A stretch of DNA of 64,000 bases from Octopus vulgaris (taxonomy: Eukaryota). Made by a program: the position numbers and the translations under genes. Where the stretch lies: contig OX597817.1 of NCBI GenBank assembly GCA_951406725.2, forward strand, positions 152,458,001 through 152,522,000. Direction: 5' to 3'. Below the pieces are notes generated by a model, which was given only the letters and a program-made list of their open reading frames with translations, was not told where the DNA came from and made no database searches. Positions 11,860 through 23,358 of the stretch are shown piece by piece (the stretch's first letter is position 1; each line of letters starts with the position of its first letter).

Positions 11860-12840
11860 TAAAAAAATCAAAAGACATTCCACTCATACAAACATTCAAA
11901 TGTAACATATTCATTGAGTTTCAGCTATGTATTTGCCATCTCCAGGGTAGAGAAGTTAAAGCTTGGTTATGGTTATGGTGTTGTTAAACAATAGGGCGAA
12001 CATTTTATAGCTTGAGAAAAAGGTGTAAATGAGTTGTAGTTTGGGTTACAGAGTGGTTATTTAGCCTTAAGGTCTCTTAGTGCAATATGTAGAGAATGTG
12101 CCCTTGGTAAATGCTTCAAACTGAAATTTTTAAAACACCTGATCTGGTTTGTAGCATCATATAGGCATGAACCTTAAAGGTAGCGAACAGTAAGTGACTG
12201 AGGGCATGTGAGATGATGTGCCAGAAGTAAGTACTGTGGATTAGTTGGGCGGCTTGTGGAATAAACAAGTCAGTCCTGGAGGAGAGTGGAGTAGAATGAG
12301 AGTTGGTGATGATGGTCAGATGGTGAGAACTGCATTATTTTGGCCATGTTATTGAGGTTCAGAACCACTGTGATTACCTCCCCCCTCCCCCAGGAGCTTG
12401 GTGGGTAAAAAAAATGGGCTCACTAGTGACAAAGATGGTTAGACTGTGAAACTGCAATATTTTGGCTTTTATCAGAGCTCAGAACCTCTGTATTCACATA
12501 CTTAGAGTCTTGGTGAACAGAAAATAGGCTCATAAGTGACAACAATAAAAACAGAGCCATGACTTGAAGGACTGGATGGGGAGGTCCCTGCAGAGTGTAT
12601 GACTTCAGAATGGAACTGCAGTGTGTGGCGATGAATGGTTGGTTGTGACTGAGAGTTGGAGGGCCTCAGCCATGAGGACGGGCATACTTGTCATCAATGT
12701 ATTTCCTGTAACCATTATTAATGGCTTTTCATTATTAAACTTTCGCAACACATTTGTTTGTTCACTAGTAACATCATGGAGATAGAAATACTTTTCTGGC
12801 ACTTAACTGTAATAATATAAAAATATGTTTAAAACAAAAT
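11860..12840 (-). mobile_element. Degenerate Penelope-like element 3' part
   Basis: Homologous to 34200-34600 (shared AAGTGACTGAGGGCAT block), which adjoins Penelope-type RT motifs. Hammerhead-like core near 11915-11950. Confidence 0.55.
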
Positions 12841-13539
12841 CTAACACCCTAACCTCCTAAGCACACTATCTATCTCTTTGAAAAGCAAAGTATTAGATGA
12901 TTTATGTTCATTCTGAAAGATACAGTGTCCCACTCTGAAAGAGAGAAAGCGTACATATATGCCTTTTTCAGTAACATTTCAAAAGATGGTCTGGTAGGAG
13001 CCTAGCAGTTAGGAGGTGAATGTATGGCGTGAGTGTATGGCATTAGATTTCACTTTAAATACTTGAGCTTTTAAGTTATTATAGTAGAAGTGCTGGAAGA
13101 ATGTTTCCAGCTTCATAACATTTCTACCAAATAGATAAAGGTGTGTTGTGAAGAATTTCTAGCAAAAATACTTATTAATAATATGGCAGAAATCTTCTAA
13201 GGGATTTGCTATGGATTACTATCACTTAACCTTGTTTAATCTGGCAAAATGGATAATCCCTCAAAATAATCTGGCATGAGTTTGAACCAAAGATGTTGGG
13301 AAATTGGTGGTGGACATGTACTTCATTGGTAATACTTAAATCCATATCAAGTCTGACCTTTTGGCTTGGTTTGGTTTTGGGTGTTTTAGGTATGTCAAGC
13401 TTCATCTTTTACATATTATAATGTGTATAGCTTTAAAATATTTGCACTATATGATTATTGATAATCTATCTCTTGTATGATTGCCTTTAGCCTTTATTAT
13501 TACATTAAAATTTTTCCATTTATATTATGAGGATGATGG

Positions 13540-13583
<44 letters not shown>

Positions 13584-14174
13584 CAATTATAATAGAGGAT
13601 AAAATCTATATAGGATTTTATCAAGTACCTAGCATGTAAAAACCAATTTAGGTAAAAATTAATACAAAGTATTTAATTTTATAAATATAATCATAAAATT
13701 AGAATAGTAAATCCGCATGCTAGAAAAAATGCCAAATGGCTCTAAAACTACTTTATTTATCACATTTGATTTGGGTGTAAATTTAATCTAAAGATGTCTG
13801 TGAAAGTAGATGGATAATTTTCTTAAAATTTTAGTAGGTAAAAATAGGTGATATAGAAGCAGTAAAAGTATCATCACGATCATTATCATATTGTCAACCT
13901 CATCATTATTATCGTTCCATATTGGTATGGGTTGGACAGATAGGCTGGGACCAAGTCAGTTTTTATATAACATTACTGACCCTCCTAAATGGATCAGAGA
14001 ACACTTCTCACATATAGGTCCCATTTTTGGAATGTTTTTTTTACAATCATATCTATTGTAAGTTTTACTAAGATACTCATATGTGTACTTTAAAATTATA
14101 GTGGTTTGTCCTGGAACATTAATATATGTTCTTTAAAATTGTAGTTTAGAAGTTCACTTTGCAATCCATTTAAT

Positions 14175-14545
14175 TTAGGTGGATCCCTCTGCATGACTTT
14201 GGGTTGACCAATACCTTGTGAGTGAAATTGGTAAATCGAAACTGTATGGAAGCCTGTTGTATACAGCTGTGTATGTGATATGTGTGCATGTATGTGTGCA
14301 CATGTGAATTTTCCTCCATGTGTCTTTACATTGACACTGATTGATCAGCAGGTTTGTTTGTTTTATATCCTGCACAAAAAACAGATAGGGTGGTTTAAGG
14401 TTCAAAGACTAGTGGAATGAAGTATCTACTTGAAAACAGATCAGAGTTAGCATGAGGAAGGGCATACAGTTGTAGGATACTGCCTCGGGAAGTCTCATCT
14501 ATCCTGTAACTGCATAGAAAAAGCAGACATAAAAACAATGATGAT
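14175..14545 (+). mobile_element. Degenerate SINE, GGCTGTGTGG family
   Basis: CCTTGTGAGTGAAATTGG core, TG-rich middle, GGAAGGGCAT and (ATG)n tail. Confidence 0.65.
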
Positions 14546-15573
14546 GGTGATAACGTTTATGATGATAATTTCTACTGAAATACCTACCTATGTTCTTCAA
14601 AATTACATCATCTACTAGTTTGTACAGGAACATTACAAAATGAATTTCCAATCACTAGTGAACTTAAAAATTTCCTTGGTGTGACATTATTGAGAGTTTT
14701 TAAACATTCTTGCAACTTCATACCTCATAATTAAGTGGGATATATGGCTTGGTTAACTTATCTAATTATTAGGCTATAAATATAACCTGGTAAAAATTCA
14801 CCTACAGCTTTAGCAAGTTTACATTTCTAGTTGATAACAGCTTCACTGGAATCAATAAAAATGTTCAAGCAGACTTGAAATTATATGGTAGTAGCATAGA
14901 GGAATGTTTTAGAATTTTGACGGGTCATTAAGGATGCATTAACTTTATAATTAATTATTTTGATATATTGAATATCAATGTTGTTTTTGTCACTATTTTT
15001 ATATTTTTTATTGCAATAAATATTCTTAATAGCTATGGGAAAATATGTTGGTGCTTGGGTATTCAAAATAGTTACATAAAGTTTATTCCTATATATACAA
15101 CTGGATTATCCTAAAAGTATGTATTTCAAATTTCTGCGAAAGCTAATTACTTTTATATTTTGACTTCCCCAGTGATGGGTTAAGCATTTCTAATTCAACT
15201 TTCTGAGTCCTTTTACTATATTTAAGTTGGATATTGTAATATATACGTAGGTTTAGCAGGATTTTTTTGTATTGAGTGAATTTGTGATGTGATAGATTAA
15301 TAAGTATTTAACTGGGGGTTCCTTTATAACATTTGCTGAATTATTTTGTAACATGCTTCTTTCATCTTACCTGTGTTTGTTAGAAGGCTGTTGAGATACT
15401 TGAAATTGTGATGCATCTTTTTGGTTGTGCTCTGTTGATCAGTGGACTGGAAAATTTAGCAATCATTTTAAATACGAACTATTCACATTGTCTAAATGTG
15501 CATTTAGTTTGGATAGGAAGAGGCTTTAATATATTTGTTATGCTTAGAGAAGAGAAGAAATTAGCTGTGTTTT

Positions 15574-15608
<35 letters not shown>

Positions 15609-15764
15609 TGCACACCATCATCATCATATGTCCGTTTTTCCATGCTGGCATGGGTTGGACAGTTTAATAGGAGCTAACCTGCTGAAGGGCTTTTCAAGCT
15701 CTATGACTGTTTTGGCATGGTTTCTCTGGCTGGATGCTCTTCCTAACACCATATATATGTCATA

Positions 15765-16000
15765 TCATCATCATCATTATTGTTTAATGTCCGCTTTCCA
15801 TGCTAGCATGAGATAAACAATTTGACTGAGGACTGGCGAACCAGATGGCTGCACCAGGCTCCAATGTTGATCTGGCAGAGTTTCTACAGCTGGATGCCCT
15901 TCCTAATATCAACCACTCCGAGAGTGTAGTGGGTGCTTTTACATGCCACCAGCACGAGGGCCAGTCAGGCAGTACTGGCAACGGCCATAGAAGATCCGGC
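15765..16000 (-). mobile_element. SINE 3' part (RTE-like tail), antisense
   Basis: (CAT)n, TCCGCTTTCCATGCTAGCATG, GGATGCCCTTCCTAA, GTGTAGTGGGTGCTTTTAC; reverse complement of 16620-16857. Confidence 0.85.
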
Positions 16001-16019
16001 AAGACCAGTGAGAACAGTC

Positions 16020-16857
16020 AAAATCAAACCAAATCAACATCAGTGGAAATTGCAGCTGTGGTTAAGCGAACCATCCGATCATTTGTCCGTTGCCAGCCTC
16101 GCCTGGCCCCTGTGCCATTGGCACGTAAAAGCACCATCCGCTCGTGTCTGTTGCCAGCCTTGCCTGGCCCCCGTGCTGGTAGCACGTAAAAGCACCATCC
16201 GTTCGTGTCCATTGCCAGCCTCGCCTGGCCCCCGTGCCGTTGGCATGTAAAAGCACCATCCGCTCGTGTCCGTTGCCAGCTTCGCCTGGCCCCCGTGCCG
16301 GTAGCACGTAAAAGCACCATCCGTTCGTGTCTGTTGCCAGCCTCGCCTGGCCCCCGTGCCGTTGGCACGTAAAAGCACCATCCGCTCGTGTCCGTTGCCA
16401 GCTTCGCCTGGCCCCCGTGCCGGTAGCACGTAAAAGCACCATCCATTCATGTCCGTTGCCAGCCTCGACTGGCCCCCGTGCTGGTAGTACGTAAAAGCAC
16501 CATCCGTTCGTGTCCGTTGCCAGCCTCGACTGGCCCCCGTGCCGGTAGCACATAAAAACACCATCCGTTCATGTCCATTGCCAGCCTCGCCTGGCCCCCG
16601 TGCCGGTAGCACGTAAAAGCACCATCCGTTCGTGGCCGTTTGCCAGCTCCGTCTGGCACCTGTGCAGGTGGCACGTAAAAAGCACCCACTACACTCACGG
16701 AGTGGTTGGCGTTAGGAAGGGCATCCAGCCGTAGAAACACTGCCAAATCTGACTGGGCCTGATGAAGCCTTCCGGCTTCACAGACCCCATTTAAACCGTC
16801 CAACCCATGCTAGCATGGAAAACGGACGCTAAATGATGATGATGATGATGATGATGA
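16020..16857 (+). mobile_element. SINE containing a ~61-bp tandem array
   Basis: Ends GGCACGTAAAAAGCACCCACTACACTC...CATGGAAAACGGACGCTAAA(TGA)n. Confidence 0.85.
16070..16685. repeat. GC-rich minisatellite, ~61-bp unit, about 10 copies
   Basis: Unit ACCATCCGTTCGTGTCCGTTGCCAGCCTCGCCTGGCCCCCGTGCCGGTAGCACGTAAAAGC. Confidence 0.95.
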
Positions 16858-17033
16858 TATACCCACACACACATAGTCCTGCTGTGAATTGCTTGATGCC
16901 CTCAATAGTGCAAGTAGCATGGAAATGGCAACCAGCTGTTAGGTGGTTGTCATTAGGAAGGACATCCAGTCATAGAAACAATAACAAAGGAGACATTGAA
17001 GCTCAGTTCAGTCCTTTGATACATTAGTTCTTG

Positions 17034-18646
17034 GATACAAGATGATGGTCGTGAACCCCCTCCATTTGATAGATCGGTACCTCCAATGCTTCGATTGGTC
17101 ATCACACGGGACGAAGTCGAGCGCGTTATTCAAGGCCTCTATGTCAACAAGGGTCACGGCCCTGATGGCATACACCCACGAGTTATCAAAGCGTTGGCTC
17201 CGGTCATCTGCGAGCCCTTAACACGTCTATTTAATATGTCATTGGCGACGGGTGTTATACCTGCGGACTGGAGAACAGCGATAATCTGCCTAATTTTCAA
17301 GAAAGGGAGCCGCGAAGACCCGCTTAACTAGCGACCGGTTTCCCTTACATCAGTAATCAGCAAGATGTTCGAAACCATCCTTAAGTGAAGTATGATGCTC
17401 CACCTCCAAAACACAGCCTCTATCTCTGATTCCCAACATGGCTTCATGCCGAAGAGATCATGCTTGACCAACTTACTGGTAATGGAAGAATTTGTGACAC
17501 ACATCCTCGATGATAGTGATGCTGTTGACATCGTTTTATTGGACTTTGCCAAAGCTTTTGACTCGGTAAACCACCGCCTATTACTTGTCAAGCTTCAAGC
17601 ATATAGTTTCCATCCGGATATTGTATGATGGGTTGGTGCCTTCCTCTCAGATCGCTCCTTCCAAGTCCAAGTTAATGGTTCGCGGTCCGACGTCTCCAGT
17701 GCGAGCAGTGGCATGCCTCAAGGTTCAGTGCTTGGGCCCTTATTGTTCTTAGTCTTCATAAATGACTTGCCCAACGCCCTCATGCAACACACCCTTCTAT
17801 TTGCCGACGATGTCAAACTGGTCGCTCCTCGCGGTGATATAGAAGATCTTCGTCGATGCCTCCACCAAATTTGGAGATGGTCTAACGAATGGGACCTGTG
17901 TCTGAACATGTCAAAGTGCTGTCATCTGCCTGTTGGCTCTCCTCCTGCAACTCAACTTGATTTCGAGCCGGGTCGTCTGCTGCTGGAGAGGACCGATCAG
18001 ATAAAGGACCTGGGTATCTTAGTGGATTCCTCCTTTTCGCCTTCGGCCCAGTGCATCCATGCTGCCAACAAAGCACGCGGAGTTCTGTTCTTGATTCAAC
18101 GGTCATTCGGAATGCTCACAGCAGCCATATTCCTACCGCTCTATGTCATGCTGGTGAGACCCATATTGGAGTACGGGATTCAAGCCTCTTCTCCTTATCT
18201 CCTCAAAGACATACAGCATCTCGAAAGAGTCCAGAAGCTGGCTACCTGCATGGTTCTCGGTCTCAAGAATTTGTCTTATGAAGAAAGGCTGAAGACGCTC
18301 AACCTTTATTCTCTAGGAAAACGCCGCCGCCGTGGTGATCTCATTCTTGCTCACAACATCATAAGCGGAAAGTGTAACCTCTCGAAAGAGCTGTTCTTCA
18401 CTCCTGCTCCAGAGCGTCGGCTGCGGGGTCATTCCGAAAAGCTCTATCTGCGACAATTTCATCTCAATTGAAGGAGAGGGGCTTTCTCCATCCGGGTTGC
18501 AGATCCGTGGAATAAGCTGCTGCACGAGATGGTGAAGATGCCGACGACCGCTCGGTTCAAAGTCTCCCTTGACCACAAGTGGCCTGAACTCTTTACCTGA
18601 ACACCACCCTGTACATAACTCCATGTCCCCCTACATGGCCTAACTA
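17034..18646 (+). mobile_element. 5'-truncated CR1-group LINE (RT domain), young pseudogene
   Basis: GPDGIHPRVIK, QHGFMPKRSCLTNL, DFAKAFDSV, PQGSVLGPLLF, FADD, KDLGI and RRRRGDLI motifs in one frame with a few stops. Candidate TSD AGTTC(T/C)TG; inserted into a SINE tail. Confidence 0.93.
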
Positions 18647-18739
18647 AGTTCCTGTCAAACCGTCCAACCCATGATAACATGGATGTTAAATGATGATAAT
18701 GATGAAGATGATGATGATGATGTGTGTGTGTGTAGCCAC

Positions 18740-18892
18740 ACAGGCATGACTGTGTGGTAATAAGTTGCTTCCCAAGCATGTGGTTCTGGTATCAGTTCCA
18801 CTGTGTGGCTCCATGGGAAAGTGTTTTCTACTATTGCCTTGGGCTAACCAAATCCTTGTGAGTGGATTTGGCAGACAGAAACTGAAAGAAGC

Positions 18893-18954
<62 letters not shown>

Positions 18955-19214
18955 ATGTATGTATGCATGCACGTATGTGTAAATATCTATATGTGTGTGT
19001 CTTTGTGTCTGTATTTGTTTTTTTCCCCCATCACTGCTTGACAGCTGGTGTTGGTGTGTTTATGTCCCTATAATTTAGCAGTTTGGTAAAAGAGACCAAT
19101 AGAATAAGTACCAGGCTTAAAAATAAGTCCTGGGGTCGGTTTGTTTTGACTAAAATCCTTCAAGGTGGTACCCCAGCATGGTGGCAGTCAAATGATTGAA
19201 TCAAGTAAAAGATA
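18740..19214 (+). mobile_element. tRNA-derived SINE, full length
   Basis: Head GACTGTGTGGTAATAAG, core, (TG)n, 3' AATAAGTACCAGGCTT...TCAAGTAAAAGATA. Confidence 0.85.
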
Positions 19215-19216
19215 TA

Positions 19217-20089
19217 CAGGGTGCAATGGCTAAATTGTCACCATTTTATATTTTTCATTTCATGCATGCACATTGTTTCTTTTTGATTTTGTCAACTACA
19301 CAGTATAGTAGAGTCAGTTGGGCACTGTCTGTGAGAAAAACAGCACCTTCACACTATTCACTCTGCCAGAAATTTGGAAACGAAATACTGTACTGCTCGG
19401 CATTTGTGCTTGAAGCTACAATATGAACATTTTAGAGTGTTTGGGTGTCAATCTGAGTTCAGTGCAATCTGAGGACATATACCAAGAGTGATAAAAATCA
19501 AACATCCAGTCAACATCATGGTGTTTGGAGTGATCACTAGTGATGGTGACACTATGCCTCCATTCATCTTCCCACATGGCCTCAGACTCAACATGGAAGT
19601 CTACATCATGTGCCTGGAGGGGGTAGTGCTGCCTGAGTCAAGAGGGTGGCTGCTGGAAGACCCTATGTCTAGCAACAGGACTCTGCATCATGCCACACAA
19701 GCAGGAGAACCCAGTCATGGCTGTCAGACAATTTCTGCAACCACAAAACCCTAACATCTGGCCAGCTAACTCCCCTTGATTATTATGTGTGGGATGCAGT
19801 TGAGTGAGAGACCAACAAAACTCCTTGTAACACCAAAGATGAACTGAAGGCAAGGATTATGGCAGCATTCACCAACTTAAACAAGGAGACTGTTCAGAAG
19901 AGTTGCAGGAGATTCTGAAGTCGTCTGGAGGCTGTGGTTGAAGCCAATGGCAATTTTATTGAATAAATTTACTCTTTAGTATTTCAAGATATTTTTATGT
20001 AATTTTGGTAAATATATCTGTTAAAATGAGATATCAATGTTATTTTCATTTCTGCGTAATTTAGGTGACAGTTTATTCACCGCACCCTG
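19217..20089 (+). mobile_element. Internally deleted Tc1/mariner transposon
   Basis: TA TSD; TIRs CAGGGTGCAATGGCTAAATTGTCACC / GGTGACAGTTTATTCACCGCACCCTG; transposase remnants KHPVNIMVFGVITSDGDTMPPFIFPHGL and WPANSP..DYYVWD. Confidence 0.92.
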
Positions 20090-20321
20090 TATATTGTTGA
20101 CATGTCTTATCAAATAATGGTACCACAGTATAATTCACTCTGTATTGAGTATAGTTCAATATGGTTATTACTAATGAAAATAGAAGGCAGATTGTATATA
20201 GTACTTATAGACCAATCAGTAAACCTAATATTGAACACAGCCTAATGTAGTTGCCATTAAGAAAAAATGTGCTTAAATATCTCCTGAACTGAAAAAATGT
20301 TTGGAGTATTTATTCATAGCA

Positions 20322-20720
20322 TATGCGTGGCTGTGTGGTTAAGAAGCTGTGTTGCAGCTATGTGGTTTCAAGTTTAGTCCCTCAGTGAGGCCTCTTGGGA
20401 AAGTATCTTCAATTATAGCCCTGGGCTGACTGATGCCTTGTGAGGGAATTTGGTTGATGGAAACTATGTGCAAGCCCATTGTGTGTGTGTGTATGTGTGT
20501 GTGTGTATGTGTGTGTGTGTATGTGTTTGTCTCTACCACTGCATGACAAACAGTATTGTTTTATGTCCCTGTAACTTAATGGTTTGGCAAAAAAGACTGA
20601 TAGAGTACTACCAGACTTGAAAAATAAGTACTGTGGTTGATTTGTTCAATTAAAGCCCTTTGAAGCTGTGTCCTAGCATGGTTGTAGTCCAATGACTGAA
20701 ACAAGTAAAAGATAAAAGTA
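20322..20720 (+). mobile_element. tRNA-derived SINE
   Basis: Same head, core and tail as 18740-19214. Confidence 0.8.
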
Positions 20721-22793
20721 GAAATTTGATGAATAAGTGATGAAATCTTGTTAGAGTTTGTGAATTCGATTTCAACTTGAGTTCATATGTACACATATAT
20801 GCATTTAATGACATATAGAAGCTAACTTCTTCAAAATATCATATTTTACAATAAAGTTAAAGGAAAGATGATGTTAACAGTCCCAAATATTTTCCCATCA
20901 GTTCTGCCATAAGATATTTCAACAATTTAGCTGTATAAAGTAGATCAGTATGTTCATGCTCACATAATTTGAATGAATCAGCAATTTGAAATATCTCCAT
21001 GTATTATTATTATTATTATTATTATTATTAGTATTAGTATTATTATAGCTGGTTATGTTGTATAATGCTAACCACTCACCTGTGAAATTGTATTGCTACT
21101 TATTTTCAGCTTAGTAGATTAGATGTGCTATGTAAATTAAAATGTCTTATCATGGGACAGGAAAGGCTTGAGATAGGTTTTTAAGCTTATTTTCTTTAGG
21201 TGCCAGTAATTGAGCCTCCTGCCTATGTATTTACTATGCTTGTTTTTTTTTTATATTCCATTTGACAATGTTGCTTTTTAGGTATGAGAATCTTGTAGTC
21301 TTTTTAAAGATTTGTTGTATTTGCCAACTTTTCAGTAGACAAATTACATTTGATTCATTGAGCTACTTAGATATTTCAGCTCAAAACTGTTCAAGAGGCA
21401 TTGCATGTAAAATATCAAAACAGGATTTTAATTTGTGACTTAGAATTTGAACCTTCTCATGAGTTAGGCTACTCTGACCTCACTTGGCCTTGATTTCTAT
21501 CAGATTTGAGGGTCAAGTTGTTATCACATTAAGATATCAGAATTTCTTCCTGGAACAATCTTTTATAGTTTGCTCTTGTAATACGAGTTCATTGGAATCT
21601 GTCCAAGATTTTCAAATGTATGATATTGCTTGTTTTTTTGGTTAGGTGCCAACATAATTCCCCATTTGATGTCTGTTGTTTGTTTTGCCTGTTTACAAAC
21701 TGCTGCAGGCAGATGTCATTTTCAGTAACAAGTGATTTTGCTGACCTCTTTACTGGAAAAAGAATTTGGTAACTAGGTTTACCATAGCATCTGCGTATCT
21801 GTGTATGTGAACAAATAGGATATTACTTTTCTTAAAATATTGTAAAAACGTTTATCTGCTATACATTTCCTCAGCTGACCGATCTAGCAACCACATCTAA
21901 GATTGAGTTGGTATGTTAGAATTAGTCATTTGGCTATTATTAATTATTCAATCTTGGGTTCATTATACCAAATCTGGCAGTAGATGATAAGCTGGAAGAC
22001 ATTATCAGAATGAATAATTGGCTGGAAGAGATCTCATTAATGAAAGGTAATTCTAATTAAAACAAAAAATTACAGGATTAATTATTACCATTTCAGCAGG
22101 GTTCATCTTACTTAATTCTTTCTCATTCTGTGTTTTTCACAATAAATGATAGAGGTAGGTTATGTCTTAGTAGTACACACTCTAATGATGACTTCACTTT
22201 ATCTTGGTAACCTAATTAGTATTGGTAGAAAAGTCGGTAATAGTTTAGAGAAAAAGATTTAGCGGTTAGAAGATTAGAGAATGTTATTTATTTATAACAA
22301 GTGGATGGTTGCAGGTTTGTGTGTCAGTAGTGTTATTCTGTATTCTAGAAGATCAGTGAAGGCTGCACTTAAAAAAGAGATTATGTGTATTAATCTGGAT
22401 ATTTATTATCAAGAATTTGGATGTTTATTATTATGAATCTGGGTATTTATTATTATGCTGAGTTACTGAAGGCTGGATCTTAGGACTTACTGTGCCATGT
22501 ATCTGGGAAATAAATCCTTTTAATTGAAACTGTTATGATGTTGGCCTGGGTGAACCTATTTTTCTCATAGCTTTTATTGAGATCTCTGACATTGACACAA
22601 ATTGAGAGAAGGGACACTGTTGATTGAATCAATCCAATACATGCTTGGTACTTATTTTATCAACTCTGGAAGAATGAAAAGCAAAATTTACTCAAGCAGG
22701 AATTGATTTTGCAATGTAAAGAAATGTAATTAAATACTACTAGATGTTTTGTCTTGTATACTTTCAATTCTGTCATAATATTTTTAGCCTTAA

Positions 22794-23007
22794 CCATTTA
22801 GCATTTAAACATGCCTTATCCAGCCCAAATATTCTATTTATGTTCAAACTGATCAAATCTGGTTTCATCCACCTACCCTACTGTCATTTTAAAAATAAAC
22901 AATCACATCATCACAATTTTGAAGCTATGAGATAATGCATGATTAAATTTAAAACGATGTTTGTAAATATGCATTACATTTGACATAGAATTCTGAATGT
23001 TAAAGGG
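22794..23007. mobile_element. TTAA-flanked MITE
   Basis: TTAA|CCATTTAGCATT ... AATGTTAAAGGG|TTAA; homologous to 2023-2242. Confidence 0.75.
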
Positions 23008-23358
23008 TTAATAACTATGATGTACTGTTGACTGCACAGATGTAAACCTGTCCAAACTTCCATCATATTTAGTGGTGCACTTTACAAATCTATGAATATA
23101 TTAATTAGTGAATGTTTTAATGAGTGATTAGGAAGTTGCACTCATGATTGCATGCATGAGCTTGGGAACAGGGGATGCAGGGGTGCAAGCGTACCCACTA
23201 AAATTTTGTGGGAAAGCAATGAAAGCACTTTTAACAGCCTCCTGCAAAACTTCATTGCCAAAATGAATGTGCATAGAAACATTTTTGGACTGATCTCAAA
23301 CACTACTTTCCCGTTATCGGATTTATCTGATTTGCTTGATGTACAAATATAATAATAA

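Noticed and set aside
16755-16790. CTGATGA followed by a hairpin (hammerhead candidate)
   Set aside because: No GAAA after stem II, and sister SINE copies lack CTGATGA.
16024-16803. Overlapping 100-180 aa repetitive ORFs; superficially CRISPR-like array
   Set aside because: Products of a stop-poor 61-bp tandem repeat inside a SINE. There are no unique spacers or cas genes, and the context is eukaryotic.
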